Below, piece after piece: positions 1 through 14,720 of a DNA stretch of 64,000 bases (position 1 is its first letter; each line of letters starts with the position of its first letter). The DNA lies in the NCBI RefSeq assembly GCF_009914755.1, contig NC_060929.1; one strand, given 5' to 3'. Below the pieces are notes generated by a model, which was not told where the DNA came from, searched no databases, and worked only from the letters and a program-made list of their open reading frames with translations. This DNA is from the human T2T-CHM13v2.0 reference genome, Homo sapiens. A program made the position numbers and the translations under genes.

Positions 1-749
1 GGACTAATGCAAAAATTAAATGAATTCCATGAGAATTCTTTTTTGACCTCACAAGAGTTAAGGAGACCTACTTTATGTGAAAGTGAGATTTTTATAGATA
101 ATACTTTGAAAACCTAAATTACTCTGATACTAAACAGTTTACTGTGTCTGTTAAAGTAAAAAACCTAATTGAATTGCAGTTGAAATTCAAGAGTCTAGAC
201 ATTCCTTGTGGGCATATTTGATTTCCTCTTTCCCCTTTTAGCTGTTGGAGAGGGAATTGCCAGGTGTCTTTAGTGGAAAGATATTTAACCTGCTGTCTGA
301 CTGCTTATTGTGGTAGATGAAGTGTTAGCACTGGCTCAGGCTTGTGAGACCGTTCCCCATTACTGTCCTAACACTTTGGCAGGATTTTGAGTAAAGTTAC
401 TTTATTTAACCTCTTTTGAGTTTGACCTCATCTATGAATTAGAAATAATGATACCCTTCATACTTAGAGAATTTGGGAAGAGCAAATGAGATGATGAATA
501 TAAAAACCTACCCTTTCAGAAGGGTAAAAATAAAATACTAGGATTTATGGTCATAGCATTTTAGAATTCGGAAGGACAACCTCCTGACTCTAAGCAGTAA
601 AAGTGGCAAGCAAAGGGGGTTCAGCCATTGTTGAGAGATTTCCTACTTCAGTACAGTGCTGGGTCTGGGATCCAGCCTCAATCATCCTAGTTCACTGTCA
701 CTCTCCTACTGTACTTATCTGAAATGGCAATAATAGTTAACTTCCTCTG

Positions 750-950
750 TGCTTGGTACACTGGATGCCTTATATAAATTGTCTCATTTAAGTCTTACAT
801 CATCCTTGTGAATTTTGATTCCCATTTTACATATGAGAAATCAGAGACTGTGAGAGGTGAGGTATCCTGGCAAGGTGGTAGCACAGCTAGTGGGTGGCAA
901 AGCCTGAAACTGAACCTTAGCAGTTTGACTTCAAGCCTGCGTTCTTAACC
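750..950 (-). mobile_element. MIR SINE
   Basis: Core-like CCCATTTTACATATGAGAAATCAGAGACTGTGAGAGGTGAGG; boundaries approximate. Confidence 0.7.
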
Positions 951-1177
951 TTTATGATTATCTTTGCATATTTTTTTTAAATCAAGAGGTAAGTTTGTTT
1001 AATCAGAGCACAAATTTTATTATCTTGGAAAAATTATTCATTTCTTTGTCTTAGCTTTTATTCATTCTTCACATAGTGTATTATGAAGTCAAAATCATAT
1101 GTAGTGATGACTTTTTAAATTAAATTATCTATTTAGGTCTTCCAAAAATACAGAAAACATTAGTGAAGCATTTTAAG

Positions 1178-1482
1178 TTTTTGTTTTGTTTTGTTTTTGT
1201 TTTGAGACGGAGTCTCGCTCTGTCACCAGGCTGGAGTGCAGTGGGGCTATCTCAGCTCACTGAAACCTCCACCTCCTGGGTTCAAGTGATTCTCCTGCCT
1301 CAGCCTCCCTAGTAGCTGGGATTACAGGCATGCATCACCGCACCCAGATAATTTTTGTGTTTTTAGTAGAGATGGGGTTTCACCATGTTGGCTAGGATGG
1401 TCTTGATCTCCTGACCTTGTGATCCGCCTGCCTCAGCCTCCCAAAGTGCTGGGATTACAGGCGTGAGCCACCATGCTCTGCC
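1178..1482 (-). mobile_element. Alu (AluS, Sc-like), full length
   Basis: T-rich tail, then GAGACGGAGTCTCGCTCTGTCACCAGG...CAAAGTGCTGGGATTACAGGCGTGAGCCACC. Confidence 0.95.
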
Positions 1483-2800
1483 ATCATTTTTTTGTTTTTA
1501 TATGAAGTTCTTCTAAAATAAAGCAAGTTATAAACACAAATACATTTAAATTTCAGTGTTTTTACAAGGCCAGGGAAGAGACGCGGCTTCAGGGAAAAAT
1601 ATGGTTGAACTTTGTTAATACATACATTTTTTTGCCAGCAAAATTGGAGATATGCTTGGTGTGCACATACATTAAAAGCAGTAATTGTTAACACTTTTGG
1701 AGTACTTCACAGAGTGCCTGCCCAGACTGTCTGACATGCTTCTCATTTGGTGCCTACGCAGCCTTGCACAGTAGTAAGGGGAGAGTGAACACTCATGACC
1801 TCCTGCTGTCTATGCACACACTCCCTCCCCCACAGTGCCTCAGCTCACACCTGAGTATCTCTCTGCATGCTCCCAGGGAGCTTCCTGCAGTACCTTAGGC
1901 ATTCTGAAACGTGTGTCTTTACAACAAGACACACTTGTTAAAGCTGTTTACAAATGAGCCTTGGCGGGGGCGGGGAAAGCTGGTTTTCATTTCCAGTTAT
2001 TTTAAATTTAGGCTTATTTCACACTTCAGCATTCTTTTAATTAATGTGTTTTAATTAAAAGAATTAATTATTCTTGGTTGGTAATGCCCTTTAATTTGAG
2101 TAAAGATGATATCTAAGGCCAGCATCTAGTATTAAGTTATGCCTAGATGGACTTCTGTTCATTTATTCTGTTACTGGTGGTTGTTCTTTACTAGTGAAAT
2201 AAGTTAACGAATGCCTGCCTGTCACATGTGGGGCCTTTATTTTGTGTTCAGCAGGCACCTTCTTTGATAATTATAAGAGCTTAGTGACTGAGAGAATTCA
2301 GTAATCTTCCTGACCCCTATGCCTTCCCAACAAAGGAGATTATCTTTTAGTTTATAGAAAGGTCACTCAGGTAAAACTGAAATCTCCTTCAAGGCAAGAT
2401 AAATATCTTTATCCTTAACTGTGTCTCTGACATGCCATTATTTTTTCTTCAGTAATAGTAGTTTGCTGGCCCATAAGTCTTTTATGTGAACTGCTTATGG
2501 TTGGAAACTTAAACACTGTCACTTTAGCTCAGCACTTGTTTATTGACATACTTTCCTATGTGTATGTACTGTGCTAGGAACTGAGTGAGCCCTAGGTAAA
2601 TGCTGGAGCCAGGGGAGATAAAAAGAGAGTTTAATTCTTGTGTTCTCTAGCTAGTTATTGATTACTTGTAGCTAATTTCATAAGAAACTCTTGGAGGAAA
2701 CTGAAGAGTAGTTGTAGGTTCTACCTGGATGTGACAGGATTCTATGTGTATGCCTGGATATGAGGACAGCTTGTTGAATACTGCCTGTTAATTTGCTTTT

Positions 2801-3128
<328 letters not shown>

Positions 3129-3188
3129 TCAGGCTCCTGAAAATGATTTTGTTGTGTATATTTTACTTATATACAGCTTTTAAGAGAA

Positions 3189-3287
3189 TAACTTGTATAA
3201 AATAAGATACTTAATTTTAGATATTATTATAATAAGTCTTAACAAGTAATAAGATATAAAATTAAGTATCTTATTTTATACAAGTTA
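3189..3287. repeat. Perfect 31-bp AT-rich inverted repeat with 37-nt spacer
   Basis: 3189-3219 TAACTTGTATAAAATAAGATACTTAATTTTA is the exact reverse complement of 3257-3287. Confidence 0.95.
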
Positions 3288-3597
3288 ATTACTTATTAGT
3301 GGTAATTCCACCTGCAGGCTTGAAGTTTCATGGCCTCCAGTGTTTCTCTCCAATGGAACCTTTGCTCCGTTGAACCTTGGATGGCTTAGAATCTGGCACA
3401 GATGCTAAGGGTTGAGAAGTGAATGATAGTTCTGTTGGCAATCTTAATTCCTTGATGGGCAGGCCCAGGATCACATCCATACCTTAGAAAGGGTAGCAGG
3501 GAAATACTAGCTCAGCTTCCTCCCTGAAGAATGCCAGTATTTCCTGGAAAAGAGCTGAAGAGGATCCTATGGAGGAGCCTGAGACCACTGCAGGTTA

Positions 3598-3731
3598 GGA
3601 GACAGGAAGGCAGGGAAGAGGAGACAGGAAGGCAGGGAAGAGGAGACAAGGAGGCAGGGAAGAGTTGACAGGAAGGCAGGGAAGAGGAGACAGGAAGGCA
3701 GGGAAGAGGAGACAGGAAGGTAGGAAGAGGA
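3598..3731. repeat. 22-bp purine-rich minisatellite, ~6 copies
   Basis: Unit GGAGACAGGAAGGCAGGGAAGA starting at 3598, 3620, 3642, 3664, 3686 and 3708. Confidence 0.95.
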
Positions 3732-4217
3732 CTTTTTCCAAGGAGCCAGTGGTCCGCAGTAGGGATGCTGCTGGTTGAGGGCTACAGAGGACGTGGGTTA
3801 ATGGAGTGATGGGAGTGGGACGTACTTTACTGAGGGATGAAGGGGAGGTGCGGAATCTTAGGCTACTCTGGAGAAACCTGGAGAAGGAGGGAGATGGGAG
3901 AGAAATAGAAGCTAGAATGTTTGCAAAGATGAAGCATTTTGGGGTTTGGTGGTTTTTTGTTTTAAGATAAAAAGGGGGGGAATTTTACAAGCTGAAGAGA
4001 TGGCACAGAGAGGAAAAAGTTTTATTTGTGGTTAAAGTAGTGAGCATGCTTTTCTGAAATGTCATTTCTCAAGGAGATGGCGGCTTGGAGGGGGTCAATT
4101 GATGGTTAATAGGAAGCCAGTCTAATGAAAAGCTAGCTATACCTTTGAAATAGGAAATTTGTAGTTAGAAATGTTTGTGTTCTCTTTGTTTAAATTGTAG
4201 CTTGTGGTATAACAAAA

Positions 4218-4325
4218 CATTCACTCAACAAATTTTGTAAAGAATTGGCTGTATGCAGATACTAGGAAGATGGCAGTAATGAAACAGACACAAATCCCTG
4301 CTCTCAGAGAGATAATATTCTAACA
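4218..4325 (-). mobile_element. L2 3'-end fragment
   Basis: CATTCACTCAACAAA...AAACAGACACAAATCCCTGCTCTCAG resembles the antisense L2 3' end. Confidence 0.6.
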
Positions 4326-7300
4326 AAAACGTGTTTGTAAGTGTGCGCAGAACCCATTTCATGATTTCTGCTTGGTTTGTGGACTCGACTGAGGTTGATG
4401 TGAGCAGTTCCTGTAAAGGACCATCCCTATCCCAGGTTGTTCAGAGAATTGTTTTCCGTCCAAGCCCTCTGAGTGGCTCTTGTGTTTGTCTACCCTCTTC
4501 CTAATTGTCGCTTTTAAATACCTCATAGAAATACTCTGTCTCCATATTTCAACTTGGTCAGCATGTGTACCTGACTAGCAGCCAGTCAAATTTTGGTGCT
4601 GGTGACATGGGTGTGGCAGTGCACGTGGGAAGGTAATTCAGGAATTACCTTTTTTTTGGTAATAATGTCAGAGTGTTAAAGTGATTAGTTTTTAGAGAGT
4701 TAATTTCGGACCTATTTAGAAATACCCATATAGATATTACTTATTCTCTTGCATACTGATAGGCTTTCTTGGATGGGGAAAGTGGTAGAGATGTGATTAA
4801 CGCTTTGGGCATTTGTGCGGTTTATCTTGTCTCTGCTTCGGGTCGGGAGTGACTTGTTACTGTTTACATGAGGCTAGTTGTGTGGCACTCCCTAAACAGT
4901 TTATTGAAGTTTTGTCTTGTGTATGTGACTGTCATATTATGATGGCAGAGTTGTTGAGAACAGCTGCTTCAGCCTATTGTCAAACATTTTGGCCCTATCC
5001 ATCCAGCATACTTCTTTTAGGGGACTGAAGGAAAGGGACCCAGGAGTGTCCGTGCAGACTGTCATCCTAGTAATGCTTACTTGGAACAGTGAACACAATC
5101 GATTCAAGTCTCAAGTCTTTTGATTTACCTTAATCCATTTGAATTTTGTATTTTAGCCACCTTTGTATCTTTGACATAAAACCATCACAGGGTACTCCTC
5201 TCAGAAATCTTGGAATAAAATTGACACTCTAGAAAACAGATGCTCCATTTTTTATGCTTATGCTGTGGTTTTAAATGTATCCTGCCAGCAGTATCCCCCC
5301 ACCTTAAGCTAGGAGAATCTAGGTGTGAGAAATTTGGATTCGGAATTCCAGCACTGCCCCCCAGACATGCCCATTCACTGACCCCCTGAGCTAGTTCCCT
5401 TTCTTCCTCTTGGGTTGCTTCCCTAATAGGATGCACTTCATGGCTTTTGCATCTCCCCTCCCAGCCACAAGATCTTTGAATCTCTGAGGGTTTTCTTCAA
5501 GGCATTTTATTCCTACTTACCACAGGAAAAATTAACAGCCATTAACAAAATTATAGACATGGGTAAGTTCCTAAGTTAGGTTTTCACTGAAATATATATG
5601 AGTCTAGACTCATGGTTCTTAGCTTCTTTACTGACCATCTCTTAGTCTTTTCCTGGGGTTGAAAGCTGTCATTTTTCCCAAGAGTGGTGTGGGAGCTCTT
5701 CCCTCTTTCTGCAGTGCCCCAGGACTAACAGTGGATACTTGGCATACACAAAGGCCTCAGTGAAGCTTATTTACATCTTGGAGATCTTTCTGGCGTAGAA
5801 GTTCATATTGGAAAGGCATTGCTTCCTCACAGCTTCCTATGTACAAATACTGGGCATTTGGGAGTCTGGATGAAAGATGAGTAAGACAAAGGCTTTGTTC
5901 TCAAGTAAAAGTCCAAGGGGAAAAGATTAATCCATTATTTTATTAAGTACATATTTATTGACTACCACCCTTGTGCCAAGCTTTCTGCTGGGGCAGGAGA
6001 CATAAGCTTGAGACCCATTTCCGTCCTCACGGATCTCAAAGTCAAGAGTGGGAAACAGATAAGAGGCCATTATAGCAGTGCTCTTTGCTGAGTGAGGACT
6101 GAGGAAGATTTCTTCACACTGAGTTTTAGGGGACGTGGCCAGTGGGGGAGGCTGAAGGCAGCACCTGGGATCGTTTCTCCAAGGGGACCCTAGAGCTTCA
6201 GTTAATGAGGTGAACCCTACAGAGTACTGACACCAGGAAATATGCCTAAGGAAAACTAGATAAACTAGGGTTTTATTTTTATTTTTTGCTTCTTCTGTAT
6301 GCTAGGCAAACTCACATTTTATTAGCTGTCAGTCTGTTTTCATTTTTCAGTTTAAAAGTTTTCAGGTTGATAACTTTGGTCCGGTATCAGTCAGAGTGAT
6401 GATGAATTGAGTCAAAGCTGTTGTTTTAAAAAGAATATTCATATGCATGCCTATGAAAAAGAGCTGTCTTGTTTTAAAATGGAGTAATACAATTTCTGTG
6501 TTACAAGTACAGTTCTTTGCCCCATTTCCATTCAAATTGTCATTTATATCTGAAATCATTAAAATTAGAAAACAGTTATGATGAATGTCTTTTGAAGCAT
6601 ATAGCAGGAAAAGTCATAAGTCAAAACCTGCCAGTTTAAAGTAAATGCAATTATTTGGTTCTATGAAATTGTAGCTTTTGCTATAGTGAAAAGAAATTGG
6701 CATATTTATGAACAACTCCAGGATCTCATTGAAATGAGGAAGACATTATTTAGGAAGACAGTAATGATTCAGACTATATTTAGGACAGGATGTTAGAGTT
6801 AATGTGCCTTCTCTTTCAAGTGATTAGTGGGCAGATGACATCTTTGGTATTAATGATTGCCTGAGTTAACATTTTTAAGGAAAGAGTGCCACCTACTGAA
6901 TGAAGAGCTTTTGTTTTCTTCCATTCAATTCGAAGAATCTTGTTTCACTTTGAATCCTTAGTGGGTGGCATTTGCTGGGCAGTGATCCCGTCTTCCAGTG
7001 GATTGACTAGGGTAGCTAGGATTCTTAGAGGGAGTTTATGCCCCCAAAACCAGGTGTAGAAACAAAACCTAAGCATAAACATGATTCAGCACTTGGCAAG
7101 TCTCAAAACCTTACCATCATGTTAATGTACTCACTGGCCCAGAAGGTTTTTTGTTTTGTTTTGTTTTGAGCTAGGAGCAAATGGCTGGGAGGAAATGAAC
7201 TATTCCAAAAAATAATTGAAGGGGATTGAAGAGCATATGACATTGGTCGAGATCTTCTGGGGAGACTTCGTTTTCCTAGGGAATAATATTAGTGCAGAGA

Positions 7301-7794
7301 TTGCTTGATCACAACTTGGCCATAGGTCAGTGGAGGGATTCCTGAGGTCAAGTTGCGAATCCAAAGGCCTACTTCAGAGTAATCCATATGGTGCTCTTTT
7401 TGTAGTTCCTAACAATAGTATCTCATTAGTGAAAGGTTGAGTACATGAACAGCAGCAAACACACCAGTATCCGAATTAAAGGACATCATTTGAGAATTTC
7501 GCATAGTCATTATTTTTAGTATATTGGGACATTTTTGATGTTGTGGCTTAATTGACTACTAGGCATCAGCCATCTCCAGCTTTTTCCACTTGTCGATTGG
7601 ATTATGCAAGTCATGAGTGGTATTTAAAAGAGGTGGACTGTATGCTAAATTGATTTATCCTTGCTTATGTGTACAGATTAATGGTATAATCCATGAGGGG
7701 TGATAGATTAAGATCCTGAAGTGAAAAAATACATATATAGTGTCAGGTATATTAACCAATGGTTAGTTGCCTTTTATTTTTCCAGTGTAAAGTA

Positions 7795-8340
7795 TAGCAG
7801 ATCCTTCAATAATGTCATTTAGTTGAACATTTTGGACAATTTTGCTAAAAAGTTGATGAGGATAAAAATCTCTTCTGGCAGAGGCTACTGTCTGTATGGA
7901 GTTTGCATACTCCCCCCATCTCTGGGTGGATTTTCTCTCAGTACTCTGGTTTCCCCCTGACACCCCAAAGATGTGCACGTTAGGTTCATTGTCATGTCTG
8001 CAAGGACCCAGACTGAGAGAATGTGGGTGTTTGTTAATGCACCCTGCAACGGGATGACATCCTACCCAGGGCTAGTTCAAGTCTGGCACCCTGAATTGTT
8101 GGGACAGGCTCTGGCCACCTGTGACCCTGAACTGGAATAAGTGGGTAAATAATCATCTTGTTATTAATGTTTCTTAAATGTATGTTACAGCTCACATTTT
8201 TTCAGTGTTTAGTGTTAGAAGTGTTTGGGGTCTCTAGAAGTTTGGTGATGTTTTTGTGACCAGAAATATGCCATAGAAACTTTCCCACTTGTTTACATCA
8301 ATTGGCCTATGGTAAAGTTGGTTTTAAAGTCAAAGTTTCT
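7795..8340 (+). mobile_element. MER6/MER6A (TcMar-Tigger) DNA transposon fossil
   Basis: GGAGTTTGCATACTCCCCCCATCTCTGGGTGGATTTTCTC...CCCAAAGATGTGCACGTTAGG...GACCCTGAACTGGAATAAG matches recalled MER6 consensus. Confidence 0.8.
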
Positions 8341-8390
8341 CTTATTGTGTAACTTGCCATTGACATCTACTCATGTTACTTAAATAAGCG

Positions 8391-8704
8391 TTTTGTTTGT
8401 TTGTTTGTTTTTTGTTTTTTTGAGATGGAGCCTTGCTCTGTCACCCAGGCCGGAGTACAGTGCCCTGATCTCGGCTCACTGCAACCTCCGCCTCCCAAGT
8501 TCAAACGATTCTCCTGCCTCAGCCTCCCAGTTAGCCGGGATTACAGGCACATGCCACCACACCTGGCTAATTTTTGTATTTTTAGTAGAGGCAGGGTTTC
8601 ACCATGTTGGCCAGGCTGGTCTTGAACTCCAGACTTGAGGTGTTCTACCCGCCTCGGCCTCCTGAAGTGCTGGGATTACAGGCATGAGCCACTGCGTCCA
8701 GCCA
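8391..8704 (-). mobile_element. Alu (AluS), full length
   Basis: (TTTG)n tail plus antisense Alu dimer. Confidence 0.95.
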
Positions 8705-9087
8705 AATAATGAGTATTAATTGGCTGAATAGCAAGTATTCTCTGAAAACATTATTTAATAATACAAAACTTTTAAATATTTTAGCAATAACTGTGTTTTC
8801 AGATTTGCACTCAGAAAACTAGTATGACTTTTAATATTGTATCCCAGCTTTTCTCCTTTTAAAAAACAGAAAACCCTAACTTCTGTAACTTGACTGAGAT
8901 TAAGCGTATCTGATACCATTGTTCCAGATTATGAGAAAAGTCAGCTGTGTGGCTACAGAGAGCTCTGGCCTGAAGTAGTTATTAATAGAATTCACATTGG
9001 GACGTAAAAACAACTGGAACTGAAACTTGGTCTGAGAGCCGCCATGTTTCATGTCTCATTTCAGGCTACTACTTTGCATCTTTTTGA

Positions 9088-9411
<324 letters not shown>

Positions 9412-10544
9412 AAATTGTTAAGCCTTTTAAGGAAGAGAAATGTATGGCTTATTGATTTAAAAAAAAAAAAAAAACTAGACAGGTTAATATTTTTCATGTA
9501 AAACGATCTTAAAATCTTTGTGCTCTCTACTTTCTCGAATGTTCTGCTTGACAGTTGTCTGAACTTTCTGAGAGCTTTGATAGAGTCTTATACATAATAC
9601 CTGCCTCTCTTAGTAATAAAGTTTGAATTGCTATGATAGTGAATATTGGAGGAGTCTAAAAGTTCGTAACAGTATGTCACCCATACTGATATACTGCCTG
9701 AGTTAGTACAAGGGGTCTGCAGATCCACTTAGCTACCACGTAGATGGTGATGATACCTTAAGAAAGGATTTTCACATTCAAAAACATGGAGAGCCACTGG
9801 ATTATAGAATGACAAAGAATATTTTACTCAAAAAAATTTTGGGAAGTACTCTCCAGATTTAACGATTAAAAGGAATTTGTGGTCCTATTGAGCTTTCTAT
9901 CTTCTGATGGTGTCTATCTGCCTGACAGGAATAATATTGATGTGGCAGTGGCGATAAATGAATTGTATGTTCACACTGAATGACCCTAAGCTATCATCTT
10001 GTAGTCTGATGTGATTTCATAGGTTCTTAAGTTCCAAAAAGGTTGTGAATTTCTTAAGAGCATGTCATGGCTAATGGCACAGTCAGGACTTGATTATGAA
10101 TTTCCAGACCCCTGAATCCTGTCATTTTCCTTTAGTTCCGTGAAGCTTCCCACAGTGTGGAGTAGTAGTTCAGTGGTGCATGTTTATTTTTAAGGAAATA
10201 TTTCAAGCATACAGAAAAATACAGATGGAATACATTAGATAATAGTATAATAAACAGCCAGAAAACCTTCACCTGTATTTAATAAATGTTAATATTTTAT
10301 TGTACTTGCTGCAGTGCAGTTGGATGTGTATTTTTTAAAGGAACTAATATTAAACAGTTGAAGCCTCCTTTGTCTTCTGGCTAGAGCTTCTTCTCTCCCT
10401 CAATACCAGCAGAAGCAGCCTTGTACAGCAGTCTTCATATTCTAGATGTTGCTAGTCAACATTGTTACCTTCTGAAACCAGAAAAAAAGTTTTATTTTGC
10501 TACTGTCATCTGTTTTTCAAATAACTTGTTAAAAGAAGTTATAA

Positions 10545-11210
10545 TAACAGCATAGTGGAGGAGGACAGGACTTTAAAGTCGTAGAGAGCTGGTTTTGAAA
10601 CTCAGAATTGTCACTGACTATGGAGAGTTAATCAAACTACTTAATCTTTCTGCAGGTTTCTTCATCTGCCCAATGAAGATGAGGACTCTTACCTTGTAGC
10701 TTTGGTGAGATGTAAAGCCACTGTATGGACAATACCTAGAGTAGTACTTAGAACAGAGGAGGCACTGCAGAGGCTAGCTTTAATAGTAGTAGTAGTGATA
10801 GTAGTAATTCAGTTTATTGTGGGCTACCATGCACTTGGTGCCATTGCAAGTACTTCATCCATGTTCATTTAAAAAGTGAGGTAAGAATTAACTATATGTA
10901 AAAGACTTAGAACAAGGTGTGGCGGGTAGTAGGTGGGTCATAAGTATTAGCTATTATTATTATCCCCATTTATAGGAGAATAATGGGAGGAACTCTAAGA
11001 AGTTAACTTTCTTCTAAGTACTTTACATATATATTAATTTATTTAATCCTGGTCGCTACTTTATATGGTAGATACTATTATCCCCATTTTATAGTGAGGA
11101 AATTGAGGCACAAAGAAGCACTTCTACCAAGATTGCACAGGTAGTGTCAGAGCTTATATCTTAACCCAGGCAGTCTCGCTCCAGAACTCATGCCCCTGAT
11201 CGCTGTGCCA
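10545..11210. mobile_element. Cluster of MIR fragments in both orientations
   Basis: GGTTTCTTCATCTGCCCAATGAAGAT (+) and ATTATCCCCATTTTATAGTGAGGAAATTGAGGCACA (-). Confidence 0.7.
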
Positions 11211-12428
11211 TACTTCTTCTGTATGTGGTATGGCTTCTTACCTTATCTATCCAGTCCTAGGAACATATCTTTCAGGTGGTATGATCTCTATTGACTAAGA
11301 AGTCCTTCCTGGTTTTGTTGTAGATGCAACACGTTTCCTCATGTGACCCCAGCCTGTTAAAATGGGGTCATTTTGATAGAAGCTACCTGGATTTGATTCG
11401 TTTGGGTGGCTGTTGCTCCATAAGTACCTTTAACAGTCTCTTCACCCCCCACCCACCAGTTCTTCCTGAAGTCCCCAGTGTGGGTCTTACATGTGCTGAA
11501 TTTGGCCAGTGACCCAGTAGCCGTCTCTGGTCAGCACTGCTTTCTGGCCATTGCCATCACCTCCTTCAGCCACATTGGCCTCGCCCCCTCGGACCTGCTT
11601 CACCCACCAGTCCTGCCAGTAACACCACCATCAGTGCTGAAGATGCACAATGTTCCCACTGTGCAGAGTTCCAGGGTCTTTACAATGAAATGAGAACCAT
11701 TCCCCAGGCCCATTTATTTTATTTTGTATTCTGGGACTTACTTGTAACCATATAGAGACCTTTAGAGAAAATAAATTACCAAGGTTTTTTGGTTTGGTTT
11801 GGTTTGGTTTCTCATGGCTTTTTTGCTTTCACCCCAGACCTAAGAGCTTGGCAGAGAATGAGTGGACTGGACCAGGGGCAAATCTTTGTGACAGACTCTG
11901 GCCTCTGCTAGTGGTTGGATTGGGCCAGGCTTGAATTTCTGATGCCCCCTTCTCTTAGGGTGGGTTCATACAACGAGACTACCCATCTCGCTGGCTGTCT
12001 AAATAATCTTTTCTCCCCATATTCATTTTGAATTATTGGAGCCTTAATTGCACTACAGACATGCTAAATTTTGTGATAGCTTAAGTAGTATTAAGACATT
12101 AAGATTCCTGGTGTTAGTTTTTTCTCTGCAATTTTCTTAGAAATATTGACTTACTGGAGCCAGAGGGTCTGTAGAGATGAGCCAGTACAGGTTTCTTAGA
12201 GTATGTTCCAAGGAACACTGCGCTATCAAAGATGCTCTGCATAAAAGGACTTCCATGGCAAGTGAATGTGAGGAATGCTACATACCTTCTTTTTCCCCTT
12301 GGAGATTAATGACACATGTAGGTCTTATTAGAGGCTCTGTGCTGTCCTGTGATAAATAAAGCCAACTAACTTGTTTTTATCAAGTGTTCCCTGATTTGCA
12401 GAATCATTAGATGTTTAGTATTATAGGA

Positions 12429-12738
<310 letters not shown>

Positions 12739-14720
12739 TAGGATATTATTTTGCCAAAGCTATGTCTTCTGTTTGGAACATCTTTTGGCCTTCACCAACT
12801 CTCTCTTCCAGTTCTGTTCTTTAAAATTATTCAGGCATCACCTCCTCTGTGGATCTTTTCAGGACTCTCCTAGATAAAATTAAGGATGGAGATCACTCCA
12901 CCTTCGCAACTGTTTATGGGATGTTAAATACTTTTATTACAGCAGAGTTGACATTGTGTTTTCTTGCTTCTGTGAGACAGAATGATTGGAGGAACACAGA
13001 CCCTGTTTTATTTATCTTTCGTTTTTTAATTTTTCTTCTTTGCTGCCTGGCCAGTGCTTATCTGTGGTAGGTGTGCCAGCATTCATTGAACGGAGTGGTT
13101 TGCTAGCATTCAAAGCATAAAGAAGAAAAGCTGCATTTGTCAGGAAGTCATTCTTCCTCATTCTGAGCATCCCAGTTAACATGCCTTTTTACCAGGTGGA
13201 AGGAAATAGTATAGTACTAGCTGTTCTGTAGAATTTTGAAAGAAATCCTTCTCCTAGCAAAGACTGTAAGAGGGCTTTGTATGCTAATTCGGGGTTATCC
13301 CCTCTTCTCCTTTAATCTCAGAGCATTAAAAACAGTTAAGGGCTTTTTTAAAATAGAAGGTATTCACTCAAAATATTACATATCTATAACTTCTTAAAAT
13401 ACAGAAGCTTTAAATTTTGTTAGTGGGGTAAGAATTATAGTAAGTTGTATTATGCCATAACCTACGTATACTAACAGACCACTTTCGTAAGTATGTACTA
13501 GCCCTGTTGAGTTGACCACTTAGAAGTATACTCAAACTGCACTGCCACATTTCCCCAAAGGTAACAAGTAAACATAGGAGAAAACATACACTGCAGCCTT
13601 CATGTAACACTGACTTGGGATCTTTTTAATGAACACCCAAATGGTGAAGGAACAGAGGTTTTCATTTCACTGTGCCATGCATTCTGTACCAGTGCCCCCA
13701 GATAAGGGCAGGATGCATGGCCTTGCTGAGAACACCCCTCCCCCCACAGTAGTAGTGTAGGAAGTTCCAACCTACTTCTCTAGTGTAACGTCTCTCTAGG
13801 TTTATGCATCAGTTGTCTTGTAGACATTCCCAGCCCTAGATTTGTCAAGTAGCAAGGGGGGATTCTTAAAAGGAAAAACACGTTTAGCCAAAAACTGTTT
13901 TGTTTTGTTTTTAAAAACATCCTTCTTACTTACTGATCTGTGTTCAACAATTAGGGAAGAGGATACTCACAATGTTTCATTTTTCCCCAAAGGTTTCTAA
14001 AGGTTTTTCCTCAAGTACCAAGGACACAACAAAGGAAAGAATAAACAGTGGAATTTTTAGCGCAGAATGTCAAAAGAATACAAGGTTTTATGGGTTTTTG
14101 TTGGAAAGGAACAAGTGGGAAATGGGACCATATTAATTTTAAACTCCCTCTGTTGGGTGCTCAGAACATAGTTTACCTTAAGCCTGATGGATGTTCTGAG
14201 TTTCTCCCCCCAGGGAGATAGGTGAAAGAGTCCTAGTATTTAGAAGTACTGTTACAAAGCTGATTACTCTGATGAGTGATATAAGTGTTTTAAAGCAATA
14301 TTTAGTCTAAGTAGTAAATATTCCTAAGACAGACAGTAACTTTACAATTCATTTGTTTTGTTGTCTTAAATGGCAGAACAATGTTGTTTTTCTGTCACTA
14401 ACGTTTTTATATGTTTTCTAAGATGATGAATCATACAGAATCACCAAACTCATATTTCTGTTCAGGTCTGACCATTTTTACAATTTTCATTTGCCTATGT
14501 AAATATTACCCACATATTATAGTTCATAATTTGTGATATGTCAGCAGATTTCATTGAACTTGAGTCTTAGGTCACAATAGAACTAACAACATATTGGCTT
14601 CATTCTAGTCCAATTTGTTTTCTTTTATGCCTACACACCAAGGGTGTTCGCTTGAAAACAAGTCTTCCTTCACCTCCTGCTTTTTCTCCTCACCTGCTCT
14701 TTAAAAAATAATTGTACCTG

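Noticed and set aside
3598-3731. Regular 22-bp repeats resembling a CRISPR array
   Set aside because: The units are head-to-tail with no unique spacers, there are no cas genes, and the context is a primate intron.
4622-4657. CACGTG followed by the 10-bp inverted repeat AAGGTAATTC-AG-GAATTACCTT and a T-run, resembling an intrinsic terminator
   Set aside because: Bacterial terminators are irrelevant in a Pol II intron, the 2-nt loop is too tight, and such a short motif is weak evidence alone.
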